DNA of 58,155 bases, filler included, from Basidiobolus ranarum (taxonomy: Eukaryota): the NCBI GenBank assembly GCA_040143965.1. It is 4 parts of 4 records of this genome, joined end to end, with 100 filler letters (N's around TTAATTAATTAA, not from the genome) between each part and the next. Parts side by side here need not be neighbours in the genome. Positions count along the whole stretch, not along the records: positions 14,595 to 29,060 come from JASJQH010000423.1; positions 29,161 to 43,610 come from JASJQH010000424.1; 2 more parts are not named here. The stretch is one strand, 5' to 3'. Position numbers and translations under genes: made by a program. The notes below the pieces were generated by a model, which worked only from the letters and a program-made list of their open reading frames with translations, did no database searches and was not told where the DNA came from. The number at the start of each line of letters is the position of its first letter. Position 1 is the stretch's first letter. This document shows, piece after piece, positions 23,790-37,433 of the stretch.

Positions 23790-25477
23790 TTACAACAGGG
23801 TCCTTGAGTAACGAATTTAAATGTAGAAAGAAAGGAAAGGAATTCGGTGAGAATTAAATGAGGTAGAGTAGCGAATATTTATAGTTTTCCAGTAACAATC
23901 GCCCACCACATGACGTACTTGGATTTGGTAATGGATATCATATCTATTAGTACAATCATATTATGTGTGAGATGATAGTTTGATCCTGAACCACCCTTGT
24001 TGGTTCCTGATATGGTTCGACATAGAATGCCACTAATATTGATTTTAAATTTAACTCAATATTCGGCCCAGGAATGCTCTTCAGAATAACAATACGATAA
24101 ATTCTGGGCCAATGTCGTTCCCGGAAGCTCAATAAAAGGATGGGGTTTTGTGCTCAAGAGCACCTCACATTAATCTGATGCTGTTCCTTTTGAACTCGTA
24201 ACTCGCGTATATGGATTAAAGTGGCCCCAAATTAAGTTTGTACGAATATTGGACGATGGGTTCGAAATATTAGCCGGACCGGTAACTAAAGTTGCCAACC
24301 TCCATTGCTATTGGTCTTGCTCGGACCTCCTTCGGACCTTCTTATAGGGCGGTGTCCGAATTAGTTCCGAATGTGCTTGACCGAAAGTTTCTTGAAGGCC
24401 TTGGATAGATCGACCATTGCGATATATTGATCCAGATTCCTTTTCCCTATTTGATCCGTAGCCAACTCTATTTCTCCCACAATATCGAGAGTCGGGGATG
24501 AGAATTTAGCGTAGTGTCACTTGACTCTAGGAAAAGGCAATAGAGATTGGGGGATGGTTGATTCGTGAGTGGTACACATGAGAAGGATGAAACTCTGATT
24601 AGAAAAGGGAACCCATCAGGTTTATTTCGAAACCCAATACAGTGTCGCACATTGAGCGAAATTCTCAGGGGGTAGGGTGGGAAAATCCGTGGATGTAACG
24701 GATTTTCTGGGAAAGCAGCCCAAGTCCATCTACCTATCCCTGAAATCTATGAGGAAAGTCTGGATCAACAAATCTGATTTCCTGGGCATGTATCAGTCGA
24801 TGGCACTCCGTCTATCGGCCAAAGCCGATACCCATATATGTCAACGACGTTACGTCGTTGTAAGTCACACCCAGGTCACTTTTTCGTCACACTTGATCTA
24901 ATACCAATTATGGTGGAGAGATACAACATGAAGATGACTAAAATGACATTTTGATTAAGTTCTTATAACAGTATACACACTTAATTTCTGATATTAGCAA
25001 TCTGCCCCGAACTACACTCTTGAGTTGGATACAAGTGTTAAGCCTGATTTCATTAAAGAGTGGTGTAATGAATAAAACAGACAGGGACGCCTATAAGCAA
25101 AGTTGAGCGATTTTTTTGTGTCTTTTTTATGTTCCTTTGTTTTATGTATTCAGGAGAAAAGTCAGCAATCTAAGAGATGACTATTGATGTTCTTTATTAT
25201 ATTCCTACTCTGTTTTGTTGTATCATAGAGTTATTGTACTGGGTAGTATGGCGAGCATATTATTCTCTAACAGCTATCTTTATTACTTACAGACCAGTAA
25301 TCTTTCAATCGAGTGTAGTTCATTATACCTGTATACTCGTAAGGGCAGCTGTTGATAAATATTCAGATTTTCTAGTAATACAGTTAGTAGGAGAATTTCT
25401 TGGCTACTAACTAGCATTTGAATGAATAGATCAATGCCAAATCACGATGATGCATTCATATATGCCCAACTAGCAAT

Positions 25478-25768
25478 TGTTGAAGTATTTTGGGAGTTGT
25501 TGGAAGTGATTTGGAGAACTAAAAGAATTGGTGGTTTTCACTTAATGATTTATTGAGTGTAAGTTGTCATTTATACTTTTGTCAAGAAGTAGATAAATTA
25601 ACATGTAGAGTACAAAGTTTGGGGTTTTTTTGGAAAAGTTTGAGAACTTCCAAGATGGTCTCATTGTTGAGCGTAAATTCCTCATGAAGATATTGATTAA
25701 TAACATAGTGAAATTTAGCTAGCTAGCTATATGACTATATAGATGCTTAGGCTATGTAATTTTCAACA
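25478..25768 (-). repeat. Diverged solo LTR of the copia family
   Basis: TGTTGAAG...TTTCAACA termini; reverse-complement similarity to 503-850. No clean target-site duplication. Confidence 0.8.
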
Positions 25769-28700
25769 CATTCAAGTATCATATTTATACCAGAATCAGG
25801 TGTGAACAAAAATAAAAGTAAGTGGCATAATTTTGCTTTGCTCAATATTGGTGTGATATATCTTGTTCGAAATTCAAATGATAAAGTGTTCAATAATGAA
25901 GATGCTTAGAAGTGTATGGTAATGCCTTTTCGGCTTGGATATCTCCATTCCAAGGGATAATAACAAATCTCACTCATAAAAATAAATATGATGACCATAA
26001 ACTGATTGCAGACGACATAACAGCGAGTTTAGGATGCAAAATCTATAGATGCTTAGCTATAGCATCTCTACAGCTCAAAGATTTCCAATATCTCACATAA
26101 TCTGAATATCCTATTGGTCCAGGTCTAGGAAATAAAAATGCCCTGAAGTCTGTGCATAAGCCATTTCAACCTGCCCATGTGATCCCTTAATAGCATAAAT
26201 ATGGTGGACACATGAGCATGGAGCAAGCCAAAACGTTCTAGTCACTGATAAGAGATTGCAAAATACAACGACGAGAGGCTGAATCAATCACAAAACTATC
26301 AATATATACTGGAGATTCAATATCTGAACCCCAATCGTGGCTCATCTATATTATCACCAAGATCGTAGGCTTAGTGAGCGTTTTCATAAATAATATGTCA
26401 TGATTAGTTGAAAATCTGGATCATATCTACTGGAGTGGGTATGTCCTAACAACCTAGCCATCTACAATGAATTATCGATTACGACTAATCAGGCTGAGCG
26501 TCACAAAGTTACAGCAGCACCAGATAATCCACAAACATGCTCCAATTTAGAAAAATAAGCAATCACGTTGAGCAGGACCCTGATTACCTGATTATGGGGA
26601 AGTAGACGAGTACGTCTGAACAAAAAGATCGTCACACCAACTATACTCTTATTTGCCCTGACAGTCACCAGCTTGAAACAATGCGTGTGTTCCGTAAAAA
26701 TTCAAGGTTGGTTACAAATGGATTAGGATGCTCCACAGAGTTCTTGAGTATATCATCCTTACATGCGGGCTTCTTGAAGTAAGCCCTCATGAAATATTCC
26801 GGTCGACCATCTAATCCCTGTTCATATTAATTACAGGAATGGCTGTTTCATGCTGTGTGTCTTGCTGCCTTGACAATAGATTTGGGGATTTCCAAGTAAT
26901 TGTCGCTACGCAAGGATGTTACCGTGTAAAGATTCCAAGATCTACGCTCTGCCGCCCCATCCACCACCACCAATGCATCCATGTATAGCTTGCAGGCGCA
27001 CATGAAAAGCATGTGTCAGTAATCCGATTATTGTTTTCGTGACAGACTTAATCATCAACTCAGGATTTGAAACGCACCCCCACTTTCTTAAATTAGATTG
27101 ATTTAAAATATTAATATGATAATGGTTGTTTCACGCCTCTTGAAGCGGTGGCTTATCCAGCAATGATAAGAGTACTTACAGCTCATGAGTCAAGATCTCT
27201 GGAAATGCATGTGATTCGTGTTCCGTAATGTTAGCGGGTATGGTTGCATGCCCTATCTCTAAGATCATATGGTACAGTGCGTAGAGTTCGCTCTACGTTG
27301 CTTCAAGGCTTGGACGGTAATATTCCTATTCCTGTGGGAGTCAACACAAAACAATCACCCCTGACTCCTCACATCCCCAAGTTGATCGATATGGCGTCAG
27401 TATTCATACGGTCATCTGGTTATCTATGCTGTGAAACGCTTCAGAAATCACACTTTGGTAAGTTAGCTAATATAAACATGAAAATCAGAACTAATTACCG
27501 GGATTAAACGGAACATGCTCTTTTCACTGTAACCGATGGATTCTCATTGGATTTTCATTCAGTTTATCTCTCCGATGTGAATTTAGTCCATCCTTAACGA
27601 AAATAGATTACTCAATTGGAGGAAACAGTCCAACCTGGCCGCTATGTATCATCACTTTGTGTCACATGATTACTCGTGTTATTGCAAGAATTCCTCTCAA
27701 GATTTCTGCAAGCAAGAAACAAGCATGCAAATAGCCAGATAGCGAAGAGAACCCAAGAAGGTGGTAAGTAAGCACAGTAGAGGTTAGATTAGACTCCAAT
27801 CATATGCTAGTTAGAATATCTCCCGAGGTCATAGAATATATTGTTGGTAATATAGATACAGTTAATTTACGGAAAGTGCAATTCTCCAGGCACTAATATA
27901 CGGCAACCAAGCCTCCCTGTATCACATGTCACCAATTTGGTCATGGTGTGGATCAAAGGTTACATAAGATTATATATCAAGCTTGACTTGGAATAGTAAT
28001 CGCTCTTGATTGTTATAATGCTCTTATCCAAAGTAATGAGGGGGACATGCACAACAGCGGTGAGATAAGAGATAAGCAGAGGTACCGAGTATGAACTTCC
28101 CGAAACTGCATGGCGTGGAGTAACCTACTGGCAACCCATGTGTATATTTCCCTCGTGTGTATGCTCTATATAGAGAATTTGAAGTCTAAAGTCCAGAATT
28201 TCAGATGTAAAATGGTAGACGTGACTGCTTTGCTTCTAAAACACGGGCGGATAAATTGGATTAATTAGCCAATCCCATGTGCGACCAAGCATCATGCTAA
28301 ATAGCTCACATGTCAAATAATTATCCTCCTTCAGTCAATAGGATTCGTTAGAGTTATCAATACAGCTCACCGAAGATAGCGGTTAATCTCGTAATAAGGA
28401 GGTTATCGGATTATCTCACTAAACCTTAGCCAACCTCCCTGGAACAACATACGTACACCTTATTGGACCAAGGCACATAGGCTGGGTTATGTTTACAACG
28501 CGTTGCCCAGATGCCACTATTAGTGGTCTTTGACGCTGAGATATGTTCAAGATAGTGTACTTCATTACTCGGCACCGGCCCATATGCTAAATATGGCGCC
28601 TAACCGCTTGATTTACAGCGCTTCTCTGATAGGGAAACACTTGGTGCAAACATCCCCTTAAAGGGGCTATATGTGAGTCAGAGCTATAGTGGTTAATGGT

Positions 28701-29060
28701 GTCCTAGTTTTGGCACCCGAGGTACATGCCTTCCAGGTCAAATTCCGAATCAGAGGAATTCCGTTGAAGTTGCACAAAGAACACCACACCTGAGAAACAC
28801 ATGAGTCGGACATAGCCAAACGTCCATTTGTTTCAAATTATATTGTTAGACTGCTGAGTTTTGAAGTGGATTGTACTCTAAAAATCTATATCCAATTTAA
28901 TATTACAGCAAACAAAACGCGAGAAGATCTCTTGAATGGTTTTTTGATCAGCCAATAAGAGCAAAGCATGTATCCAGATTGAGTACATCTTTGCTTTCAT
29001 TATCAGCTGTATCAGTTTAGAGATAAGTCTATTCGTTCAATCATGGGCATTGAGTGAATA

Positions 29061-29160
29061 NNNNNNNNNNNNNNNNNNNNNNNNNNNNNNNNNNNNNNNN
29101 NNNNTTAATTAATTAANNNNNNNNNNNNNNNNNNNNNNNNNNNNNNNNNNNNNNNNNNNN
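29061..29160. other. Artificial 100-nt contig linker
   Basis: N44-TTAATTAATTAA-N44. Confidence 0.97.
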
Positions 29161-29412
29161 ATAGTTTTGTCAAAATGTAAACAAAATAACGTATAGAATA
29201 TGTTAAGGAAGGTTCCAGAAACATGTGTGCAAAGTTTGGGGCTTCTAGCACAAGTTTGAAAAATCCATATATCTGAGAACTTCTAAGTTGGTGTCAATAT
29301 TCTAAGTAAATTCCTCATGAGAATAATTGATAATATCTTAGTTCATTATAAGATAACTAAGTACTAAGCTATATATGACTATATAGGTGCTTAGGCAATG
29401 CTAATTTCAACA
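29161..29412 (-). repeat. LTR truncated by contig start
   Basis: Nearly identical to part of the 52782-53129 copy; ends GCTAATTTCAACA. Confidence 0.9.
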
Positions 29413-29881
29413 GTATATGCCTACATATTGCCAACATAGAGCTCAAATTCTTCAATACTATTTGATTCTCAGTTTTTTGGCCATATATTGTGTTATTCCA
29501 TACTACTGAATCAATAAAGACCAGAGCTTCTGTATTTTAGACCTACTACAATTGAAGTATTTGCCACGGTTTATTATACTGACAACCTGCACCATTGTGC
29601 TTGGATAGAGTGTGAATCACCAAAATAGCTCAGTGACCTGGTTATTTTGAACATTCATAAGTAAAAAGGTTTTTTTCATTCTAAGCATCAAGCAGTTTCA
29701 GACAGCTTTTTATTGTCTTATCCTCCTATAATAGTATTCCAAAGTCATTTTTCTTGCAGCAGCATTTTCATCTTTATTTTCCAAACTTGATATTGGTTCC
29801 ATCCAATTTTTCACAGGAAAAAAAATTCCATAAATTTCAATAGTGGACATTACAGAGAGTGCAAGCTTGGGGCTCATAACC

Positions 29882-29940
29882 TGTTGAAGTATTTTGGGAG
29901 TTGTTGGAAGTTGTTTAGAGAATTAGAAAGAATTGATTTA
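29882..29940 (-). repeat. Short LTR-end fragment
   Basis: tgttgaagtattttgggagttgttggaagt matches the start of the 25478 copy. Confidence 0.7.
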
Positions 29941-30379
29941 TGGAGTATGGAGGATGGATTTACAGAATGTGTAGAAATATTGGAAGAGTTTATTACTAGT
30001 TCCGATCAGCTAGATACTTTGGTAGTAAAGCATGGTGTTGACAATAGCACTGCTGGAGTAGTACTAGCTGATGCGCTTGATCCCATTTTTGATCTCAACG
30101 AAGATTGGGAAAAGGAAGAGAAGGAACACAGTCTTCACTGTGGTGTTACCAAGAAAAGAGGAGGCACAGACATAGGTGGCTGCCAAAGTGGATTCTGCTG
30201 GAGAAGAGTAAATTTTTGGAAGATATATATCTACATCTGATTTGACCTAATTTTATATCACTTTAGTGTCATGGTGGCTTAGGAGTGATCAGCTTTGGAC
30301 CTGGCTACTTAAATCCGGCCCAAAGTTCTCCAGAGTGGTGCCGGATCAACGAGCACCTGCAACACATTTGGATGAATCC

Positions 30380-31079
30380 AAATCGAATGTCACTGGAGGT
30401 TCACCGAACCAGAACTATGATCCAGTTGTCCCGTTACAAGTAACAGGGTCAGGCGTGCCCATATTCTTTGTCCATCCTGGTGTAGGTGAGGTCCTTATCT
30501 TTGTCAACTTGGCCAAGTATTTTGTGAATGAACGTCCATTCTACGCATTGAGAGCTCGAGGATTTGATGAAAATCAAACTTGAATTGAGTCAATGGAAAA
30601 AATGGCCGATATCTATACTGCAGCCATTCGTAAAACTCAATCGGAAGGACCCTACGCCGTGGCTGGGTATTCGTATGGTGGGGTGGTAGCATATGAGATT
30701 ACCAAACGATTAGAAGCTCAGAACCAACGAGTAGCTTTTGTTGGGCTAGTAAATATTCCGCTCCATATCAAGCCAAGAATACTTGAACTAAATTGGACTG
30801 AAGGATTCTTGAATTTATCCTACTTCCTAGACCTTACCACCAAAGAAGAAGCCAAGAGGTTTACCCTCATCTTCACACCTTGGCTCGTGTAGAACAAATC
30901 AATTGTATCTGGTCAAAGGCCTCCCCTGATAGAATCAAGGAGCTGGAGATTGCAGATTCTCTCGCAAGGCTTACAATTACATCGATGTGCCTGGTGCTCA
31001 CTACACACTAATGAACCATCACTATGCTCCTTCGTTCCAGAAGTACCTCAAAGCAGAACCAAGTCGATCAAGAATTTGA
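30380..31079 (+). pseudogene. Thioesterase domain remnant of an A-T-TE NRPS-like enzyme (atromentin/terrequinone-synthetase type)
   Basis: [10 protein letters not shown]...[40 protein letters not shown], and YIDVPGAHYTLM..SFQ. In-frame TGA at 30581, frameshift near 30860, apparent internal deletion, no A or T domain upstream. Confidence 0.85.
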
Positions 31080-32077
31080 CCTCTATTTTTATAATGATAC
31101 CAGTAAGTTTAACACCAACAACTTGACATTCAACACTTGGTAAATTTCATGATTTATACAAAAGACTCATCCTACGAGTTTTCAAGCATTTGCTTGGCAT
31201 GTGCGCACAGGAATGGCACTTGGAACGTAGATACTTATTTCATAGTCAATATTGAATTGCGTTATAGGCGTCATATATGTTGATTTTTCATTTTCATCTT
31301 GTGATTATGGGAACCTGTATTTTACTTTTCATTCACCAGCTTTTTCCGAAATCGGTATTATGAAAGGATAGAGTTCACTTCAATCACAAATTCTTCGGGT
31401 ATTTTACAGGATTATGGATATAGACTATGGATATAGCTTATGTATATAGTACATTCCCAGTCTTTGTTGAACAGTACTAACAATATGAGTAGTAGTGCGC
31501 TGTCCGTAAAGGGAAGTGTAGAATTAGCTCGTTTGGTTCCTCAAATTCTTAAAGTATTTCCTGTTGATGACCTTGCCTGTAGATTAATCCAATACTGAGT
31601 TAGTGATCAAATATTTCATTAATATTTGGGCTGATCTATTGATAACCCTGGAGATCATACGAGGCTTTAATCTGTGTTAAAACTGGGTTTTAAATATTGC
31701 TGCGCGAGTCTATTCAAACTATTGACACTTCAACCCTGGATCAACATTCTCACTAATGCGTATCCAATTTCACTTCGTTAATAAGGGTTAGGGCAATGAA
31801 GAGGTGAAGGATTAGGTAGGTAATACTCCTTTACAGTACTAGCACAGATTCTGGTTAATGAGATGAAAGTCATGGTTGTGACTTGTCAGTTCCCGGATAA
31901 CGTAATCAATTAGTAACTGTTGTCAGATCGCACGTAAAGGAGCACCTATACGGTAGAATAATTTTGATTGGACCATTACAAATCTTCCCTTTTTGGTCAT
32001 CAATCGCTCCTGAAATCAATATTTTTCTCACCAAAATTGGTGAATAATTACTAAGCAAAGAATTTGAAAAGTCAAAA

Positions 32078-32159
32078 TGATGAGAGTGGGGTTCGAACCC
32101 ACGCCTCCGAAGAGACTGCGACCTGAACGCAGCGCCTTAGACCACTCGGCCATCTCACC
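32078..32159 (-). tRNA. tRNA-Leu (anticodon CAG), intronless, 82 nt
   Basis: GGTGAGA/TCTCATC acceptor stem, A-box TGGCCGAGTGG, CTGCG-TTCAGGT-CGCAG anticodon arm, long variable arm, B-box GGTTCGAACC, discriminator A, downstream T-run. Confidence 0.97.
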
Positions 32160-35054
32160 TACATTTTGAATTTAAAACGGATGCTTTGTAAGCTAAAATT
32201 TCCATACGGCTCAGCGAGAAATGTGCAGGACTCACTTGAATATAACCTATTAACCCACTATCAGTCGGAGTAGCTGATATGTCAAATGAATAATATGCAT
32301 ATTTATAACTAGTCCAGTTAATTTCAGGCTGATTTGGGGATTATAGCACTTTAATTTCAATGTAAAAATACTTTAGCTTTATCATCCTAATGGCAAATCA
32401 ACAATTTCATTGATTGCCCTGTGCAAATCTTATATATGAGATATTATGGTCTAATTTGTCTAGCTGATTAATAAGCATAAACTGGATAGTAATATCAGAT
32501 GTGTAGTGTTCCAGGATTTTCTGAAACTGGCGACGCTAACAATAGGAATACCCATCCTATTCACGATAACAGGGTGTAGGTCCGTTCTGGTTCTAGAATC
32601 AGTCTCTCGCAGGTGAGTACATTAAACAAAGATGATAAAGTAACTAGCTAATGCCAAGTTTCTGGCGAGTCTGTCAATGGATATAATGTCTGGTCAACCT
32701 CACTAATGGTGATTGGGTATTGGACAAGGTTTTTGAAACGGGCAGTAAATATGTATTTGATGTACCTAAATTTGATAGAGACAACATTAATGGCGGCAAC
32801 ACTGGGAGTGATACGTGTGCTAGAGACTTACTATTCGCTAGTGGTTACTTTGAATAAAGATGAAAAGTAACCATTCAATGGCAAGGGACTGAAGGATCTG
32901 TCAATTAAACAATTCCTCGGTAAGCTTACTGATGGCAACGATGAGAATAACGGTAATGGTGGGTCCAACAGTGATGATATTAGCCAGGGTGGACTGGATT
33001 CGAGCAAGAGATTCGAAGGCTAGCTTCCCAATTTCTATAGCGACTCTTGTTAGTATCAAAACTATCGCTTATGGTCATATAGGTCATTTTGATTCTACTA
33101 GATGCGCCAATATCCATTCTCCTTCATCAGCCGCTCCAAGGGAAGATTTAATACATCGCGGCATGGCAAAATTCGAAATTGTATTAGCGGCTTTATATCA
33201 GACTCTCTTACTTCAAATCGATTCTCAGTTTTAGTATCATTTTCGTTCAGTGTTAGTTGTGGTTCTCTCAGTAATTCTGATATGCATAGATTTAGCAATC
33301 AAGCAAACTGCGATGCAGAATTTGGTCTCTGGGTACTTAGTGAAGGAAAGGTTCACTGGCTTAGTCAGAAAACCTAACATACCTAATACAGACTCGTAAT
33401 CTCAGAGTGAAAATTTGTTTAACAGTACAGCAAAACATGACTTTATGCACTTACCTATGACCAACCCATCTTCCTCCACTTGTGAAAGTGATGATAGAAC
33501 TTTAAGTGGATCCATAGTTCCCAAGTCGCTAATACCCGTAGCGACCTTACTGCTTGACCATATCTTTCACCTGGCCGATATAACCTTGACGATCTCAGCC
33601 ACTCTCCCTCATGTTAACCTTTTCCCAGTATCCATTTGGGAAGTCACACTCTAATTCAACCCATGTTTATCAAGAACAGTCATTGTCAAAAAAACTATTA
33701 ATGTTTTGAATGGCATAATAACGGCGCCTATGACTGTTGAATACATGTAACAAGGAATGGCGAAAATCCTAGAACAAATAATCATCAGAACTCAATTGCT
33801 ATTTAGCTATGGCCTATAAATGGGAGCAACCTAATATTGACTTTCTTTAGGCATTGTAAGAACGGACTTGCCATGCATCCATATAGTTATAAGTTACAAG
33901 TAGAGTATCTAGCTATCTAGAATGAATATTGAGATATCGCAGTTCAAAAAATTGCATAGGAAATTTTGATTCAGCTATAGGCTATGGTGTATACATGAGC
34001 CAAGTTAGTGAATAATTAGCATGGGTACAAAACCTAACAACTGACGCATTTTGTATGATAATAACACTATTGAGACTTCTCTCATGATATTCGAAGCTAT
34101 TTTTGGAACTGGACCTTTCATAGTTAAGAATCTGTTGAAGTTGACATGATTTGTATAGGTAGGTCCATAGCTATATTACCACTAATGACTGCTAATTTAG
34201 CAATGGATTAAATCTAGTACTTACCATAGCTAATCATGTACGTTTGGGCTTTAATAATTATCTCAAGCTAGATTCGAGTATTATTTGTGATTTGAGTTAG
34301 GTGTAGTTGTCTGACTGAGCACAATGTTGGTTCTTGATAGATTACGTATGCTGGTAACATTGAAAAGCATCATACCATTCAATGAAGTGTATTACCAAGA
34401 AAAGCGGTTTAATTTGCTCAATGAAAGCTTGTACTGTATTATATACCTTTAATTACATGATATAGTTTAAATCTAAGGATGTTAATAATGCCCCTACTTA
34501 GCACAATGCACGGTTTCAAGTGGGTGTTACTGTTGGTGATTATTTGAGGTGATGCGTCAAGGGAAGACGTCATTAATGGAGAAGGTCAATCTCGCAGAAG
34601 GAGGAAATGGAACTTTACGGAGCTAGCAGACTGGTCTACGCTCACCCGATCAGGGATAGATCCAGTTGAGATTGTATTTAAAATATGCTTAATATTTAAT
34701 GGAATATTACTGAACCCCAGCTGCGGGGCGGGTAGTAACCATTCGGGTTGTATCCATATAATCAATTCAATGTGCAAGAATATGGCGATTTGTCAGTTGA
34801 AATCTAAAAATGGAAAGCATATTCGATGGTTGTATACTGGTGACTTTCGATCGGACCAATCTAGCGAATCTTGATTAACTGCTAACTAAAAGGATCTAGA
34901 ACGGACGAAGCAGCCACTTATTCAACAGTGATGTTAGGTAACAACCTTAGTCAAATGGCTAAGTCCTTTATAGTGTTCCACATTCAATGACTACATCTCT
35001 GGCTACTAATCATACGAAACTTCTCTGACAACTGCAATTGACTAGGTTCGTGGA

Positions 35055-35093
35055 AGTAACAGTTGCAGTAACGGTTGCAGTTGCAGTTGCGGT
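35055..35093. repeat. Short degenerate hexamer repeat (GTTGCA/GTAACA)
   Basis: gtaacagttgcagtaacggttgcagttgcagttgcggtt. Confidence 0.6.
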
Positions 35094-35565
35094 TATAAAG
35101 CAAGGCAAGACAAAGCCCAGCCGGTGATCTGTCACAAACAAACATCCATTCCAATAGACTGCCTTTGGAGCTGACCAATCATTGCCATAAACAAAAGCCG
35201 ATCTAAAATTATTCGTCAAGGAGTCAGTAGCTTCTTTCCAAAGGATGCCACAGCTTCGTCAGATTTGGCCATGAAATAAGAGTAAATTGTACACTACCTA
35301 GTGATTGGCTGATCAAAGCAATTCTCGAATCAAGCAAATGAGAGAAAGTGAGAAAATGTAACCCAACTCGGTAATGACTTTACCCAGGACTGATCTCCTA
35401 GAAAGAAAATTTCCTGCATATTTATATAGCTGCTCGACCTCTCTCATTTCGTATCAAAATTCTTCTTCAACACTATCCATTTTGTTTTATTTTCGTTATC
35501 ACAACTACTCTAATTCGTCTTAGACTTTTCACCCCCGAAGTCCACTCCAACTCAATATATTCCCA

Positions 35566-35976
35566 ATGAAAATCAGTACACCCCGTGAAGATGTTGTCAA
35601 CTTACTTCGTAACCTTCGTCCGGAAATGCTAGAGGATACCTTGGAGGTGCATCGCATGAATTACCCAACTGACCCTCTTATTCCCTGGTCCATTTTCACC
35701 TTCTGTACATTAGATGGAATCCAACTGACCATCGAAGTTAGTAATCGAGGATTCACAGTTAGTCAGGTCGGTTTACCTTGTGAAGTTCGTAACCAGATTC
35801 GTTATCACTACTATACGGTTGTGAAAGAGATGGTTGGTAGGTCATATCCTACAGTTGAAGCCATCCTTATGTTAGCCAGTCCTCTCTACCAAGCCCGTCA
35901 TTCAACTGGACCTCGTAAAGATACCCGTGGATTCATCCGCAAAACTAGCAAGCCATGGTTGCATACGGTGCGTTAA
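35566..35976 (+). CDS. GSKIP/DUF727-like small protein (136 aa)
   Basis: Pattern TLDG.QLTIEVSNRGFTV...YPTVEAILMLASPLY resembles the GSKIP domain. TATA-like element near 35420 and a pyrimidine-rich leader. Confidence 0.65.
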   Translation: MKISTPREDVVNLLRNLRPEMLEDTLEVHRMNYPTDPLIPWSIFTFCTLDGIQLTIEVSNRGFTVSQVGLPCEVRNQIRYHYYTVVKEMVGRSYPTVEAILMLASPLYQARHSTGPRKDTRGFIRKTSKPWLHTVR

Positions 35977-37433
35977 TATGGAAATGGCGGAACATTTTCA
36001 AATATACATATATCCCCACAATAGATCTTTCAGCGACCGTTCCCATGTATCGAACAACTTATAGACTCTTTCTAATCTAATCACGTTGTTATTCCCTCCC
36101 ACCGATCCGATATCCCTTCAAGCAGTGCTGGTTTGTACATAAATAGAAAATATAGACTACTTTGTTTCTCAACACGAGCAATAAACACCACCACATTGAC
36201 TGAATTATGGGTTTTCTCTGATTATTGACTGAGTTATGACTCCTAACCTGAGAATTATTTCTATTATCCCTTTATTGGTCCAACATTGAATCTTTTTGCG
36301 GCCTTTTCTGGAAACTGCAATAGATACAAATTATATAATCATCCCCATTTATAGCTCTTACCATTCCCGAAATTCGATAGTTTAATATTAAGCTACTTTG
36401 GCAATTTCACCGTCTCTGTATTTGGATGATACCGGAATTTTGAATAACCGGATATTCAATGCTTATTCTATATATATAAATTGCTTTTTTCCAGGGAACG
36501 TTGTACACAACATTTATTTGGTGCTTTTACAATGTGGGAATCAGCTTCATGTGAGTCAAACTTCGACTCGTGGTAACTTGTCCAACCTTCGCCCTGCAAA
36601 AAATCCATCCATTAGTGACTGAAAGTTGGCGTTGAGATGACCGTTGCCGCTGACATTCTGATGTAATACGTATCTGTTTCAGCTTTTCTTAGCAAATACC
36701 AGTTCCAATTACTGTGACCGCCAAGAGGATAGAGGATTAGTGTCGCAACGATTTTGATCAGGTTAGAGTTCTCCTTGTTGTATGTTTGTGGTAAATATTG
36801 TTAAATCCCAGAGAGGACCAATAGATATATCAAAAGAGCTACTTAAGAATCAAATGTCAACAGGAATGTACTTCATCAAATCAAATACTGTCCCATTGGG
36901 TGGTTCTTCTAGCTCATAAAGCATCATATCATTCACATTCAATATATGATTTTAGAATGCAGAAATCCAAAATATTTTCTATTTTTATATACTCCTAATT
37001 GGTCACTAACGAGTCAGATCTAGATTGGGCCATCACTCCCACGTTGTCTCTGAAGTATGACAAGTGGACCCTAGGTTATGGAAGTATATTCAGTATCTGG
37101 ATGCTACATCGATACAGTCTGACTAACTCTATACAGATATTAGGATTAGGTAAGTGATAGTAGTTCGATGTGTTCCGAATTGCTCTGAATCGGTACCGTT
37201 CATTGGTGACAGATATATCCAAAAACCCACTAAAGAAATCACTTCGTACGCCGAGTCTTCGAATGAGAATTTTATTGTATCTAAAGTTACACGAGCACTT
37301 TCAATTAGTGTGAATAAACGTGGCAGTGGAGATGTTGAATGACTGATGAGTGAACATAATATACATGTAAACGAGGAAATTTGCATAATACTTAGTTATT
37401 TCATGACGAGTGAGAATGGCTTAAACTATGAAA

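Noticed and set aside
24060-24390. Imperfect inverted repeat and CGG/CCG-rich motifs upstream of arginase as Zn2Cys6 sites
   Set aside because: No consistent spacing or known consensus could be established by eye.
29884-30240. 118-aa acidic ORF
   Set aside because: Starts inside an LTR fragment with a non-ATG codon and has no recognisable motifs; the opposite strand looks like an unidentifiable stop-interrupted remnant.
32078-32159. tRNA(CAG) as a sign of CUG codon reassignment
   Set aside because: A73 discriminator and Leu-type arms; nothing suggests Ser or Ala identity.
32600-33660. Cluster of short overlapping ORFs
   Set aside because: No motif and frequent stops in all frames examined; at best an unidentifiable pseudogene.
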